Source of the DNA: a virus
Direction: 5' to 3' (one strand)
Virus record (IMG/VR): IMGVR_UViG_3300045988_042155
Location: 1-6,600 of that record
Length of the DNA: 6,600 bases
The position numbers were made by a program, and so were the translations under genes. The notes beneath the pieces are model-generated. The model was given only the letters and a program-made list of their open reading frames with translations, was not told where the DNA came from and made no database searches. Positions 5,768 through 6,600 of the stretch are shown piece by piece; position 1 is the first letter of the stretch, and every line of letters begins with the position of its first letter.

Positions 5768-6164
5768 CTCTAACAATAACTTGAGACCGCGGACTAGGAG
5801 ACCAAGAAACATGAATAAAATTTCGTTTCTTATAATAAATAAGCTGATCAAAAGGCAAATGTAACTCCTGAACAAGGTCAAACAACTTAGGTAAAGAAGA
5901 GACATCACGTACAGTAATATCGGCAGCACAACCTAATTTATGCTGAGATGTAGAAACACCACCTACACGCTCATTAACAAAATTAGAACGGAAACCAGAG
6001 TTAACATACAAAGACTTGCCAAAAGCAGAACGTAACGGATCAAGAATCTTTTCACACAAAATAAGAAGATTTTCCAAACTATTCCAATCAGGAATATTAT
6101 TCGAAAGGTCTGTGAAACTTGTATCTATAAACTCAAACAGAGAGAAATACTTAGGCTTATACAT
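5760..6164 (-). CDS. Peptidase M15 family zinc D-Ala-D-Ala carboxypeptidase-like protein (putative cell-wall lysin), 134 aa
   Basis: The sequence SGFRSNFVNERVGGVSTSQHKLGCAADI contains the SxHxxGxAxD zinc-binding motif, and the downstream NFIHVSW supplies the third His ligand. This matches the VanY / peptidase_M15 fold signature. ATG at 6164, TAA at 5762..5760. Confidence 0.8.
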   Translation of the reverse strand: MYKPKYFSLFEFIDTSFTDLSNNIPDWNSLENLLILCEKILDPLRSAFGKSLYVNSGFRSNFVNERVGGVSTSQHKLGCAADITVRDVSSLPKLFDLVQELHLPFDQLIYYKKRNFIHVSWSPSPRSQVIVRDA

Positions 6165-6165
6165 A

Positions 6166-6312
6166 TCAATTTAAAACTAACAGTTTAACATTTTCAATCA
6201 ACTCAACAACATAACCAAGACGCAAAAGCTTATCAATCTGATCCGAAGAAATGACCACTTTTGAAGAATCATCACCAAAATGAATAATAGCAAAATAATA
6301 CTTTTTTTCCAT
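6166..6312 (-). CDS. Small hypothetical protein A, 48 aa (MEKKYYFAIIHFGDDSSKVVISSDQIDKLLRLGYVVELIENVKLLVLN); paralog of ORF B
   Basis: Translated by hand; it is below the ORF-track size cutoff. ATG at 6312..6310 and TGA at 6168..6166, 1 nt before the peptidase ATG. About 22 of 48 residues are identical to ORF B in an ungapped alignment. Confidence 0.6.
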   Translation of the reverse strand: MEKKYYFAIIHFGDDSSKVVISSDQIDKLLRLGYVVELIENVKLLVLN

Positions 6313-6339
6313 ATTTAATCAATTTAATCAATTTAATCA
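6313..6339. repeat. Perfect tandem 9-mer x3 (atttaatca; minus strand tgattaaat) at the junction of the two small ORFs
   Basis: The units are 6313..6321, 6322..6330 and 6331..6339. The repeat abuts the ORF A start codon and contains the ORF B stop codon. In the ORF B frame it reads GAT TAA ATT three times. Confidence 0.95.
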
Positions 6340-6494
6340 ACTGATAAATCAGGTTCAGTCATAACAGCAACAGGTCTCAAAATCTCAACAACATAGCCAA
6401 GAGACAAATAATAATCAAGAAGATCAAGACTAATTACAACATCTCTCTTATGTCCTAAATAATGGAGATAAACAAAATAATATTTTTTTTCCAT
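6333..6494 (-). CDS. Small hypothetical protein B, 53 aa (MEKKYYFVYLHYLGHKRDVVISLDLLDYYLSLGYVVEILRPVAVMTEPDLSVD); paralog of ORF A
   Basis: Translated by hand. ATG at 6494..6492 (equivalent to 13..11) lies 2 nt after the VP4 stop on the circle, and TAA is at 6335..6333. It shares MEKKYYF, VVIS and LGYVVE blocks with ORF A. Confidence 0.6.
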   Translation of the reverse strand: MEKKYYFVYLHYLGHKRDVVISLDLLDYYLSLGYVVEILRPVAVMTEPDLSVD

Positions 6495-6600
6495 ATTTAA
6501 ATAGGTTTTTTGTCGACCTCAGCAATCAACAAAGAATTCTTATCATTCAAAGCTTTATGTTTAATACGTTCACGATTATCCGCGGCATAATCTGCATAGC
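6482..6600. repeat. Terminal redundancy (right copy), identical to 1..119; 6497..6600 repeats the 3' end of the VP4 CDS on the minus strand
   Basis: Exact identity with 1..119. This is not a second gene copy but circular wrap-around. Confidence 0.95.

Overview
The window is one complete circular Microviridae (ssDNA phage) genome of 6481 nt. It was linearised with a 119-nt terminal redundancy: 1..119 is identical to 6482..6600. All credible genes lie on the minus strand and are tightly packed, with ATGA start/stop overlaps and 1-2 nt gaps. In transcription order they are: two paralogous tiny ORFs, an M15-family zinc peptidase (likely lysin), a 71-aa ORF, the VP1 major capsid protein, a VP3-like putative scaffold, the VP2 pilot/minor capsid protein, a 408-nt non-coding region, and the VP4 replication initiator. 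The missing Shine-Dalgarno sequences, a TTG-N20-TAnnTTTG promoter-like match and the gene order suggest a gut Bacteroidota-infecting, Alpavirinae-like microvirus; this is inference only. The most unusual part is the single large intergenic region (1636..2043). It holds a GC-rich (about 58% by hand count), hairpin- and pseudoknot-dense, non-coding island, plus a nested stem-loop domain with an AT-rich loop just upstream of the rep gene. I cannot assign either to a known RNA family or origin type by eye. Candidate roles are a structured ncRNA, replication origin(s), an attP or acquired fragment, or an assembly chimera. Secondary observations are the tandem duplicated small genes with a 9-mer x3 junction repeat, a lysin with no visible export partner, and long embedded alternative-frame ORFs.
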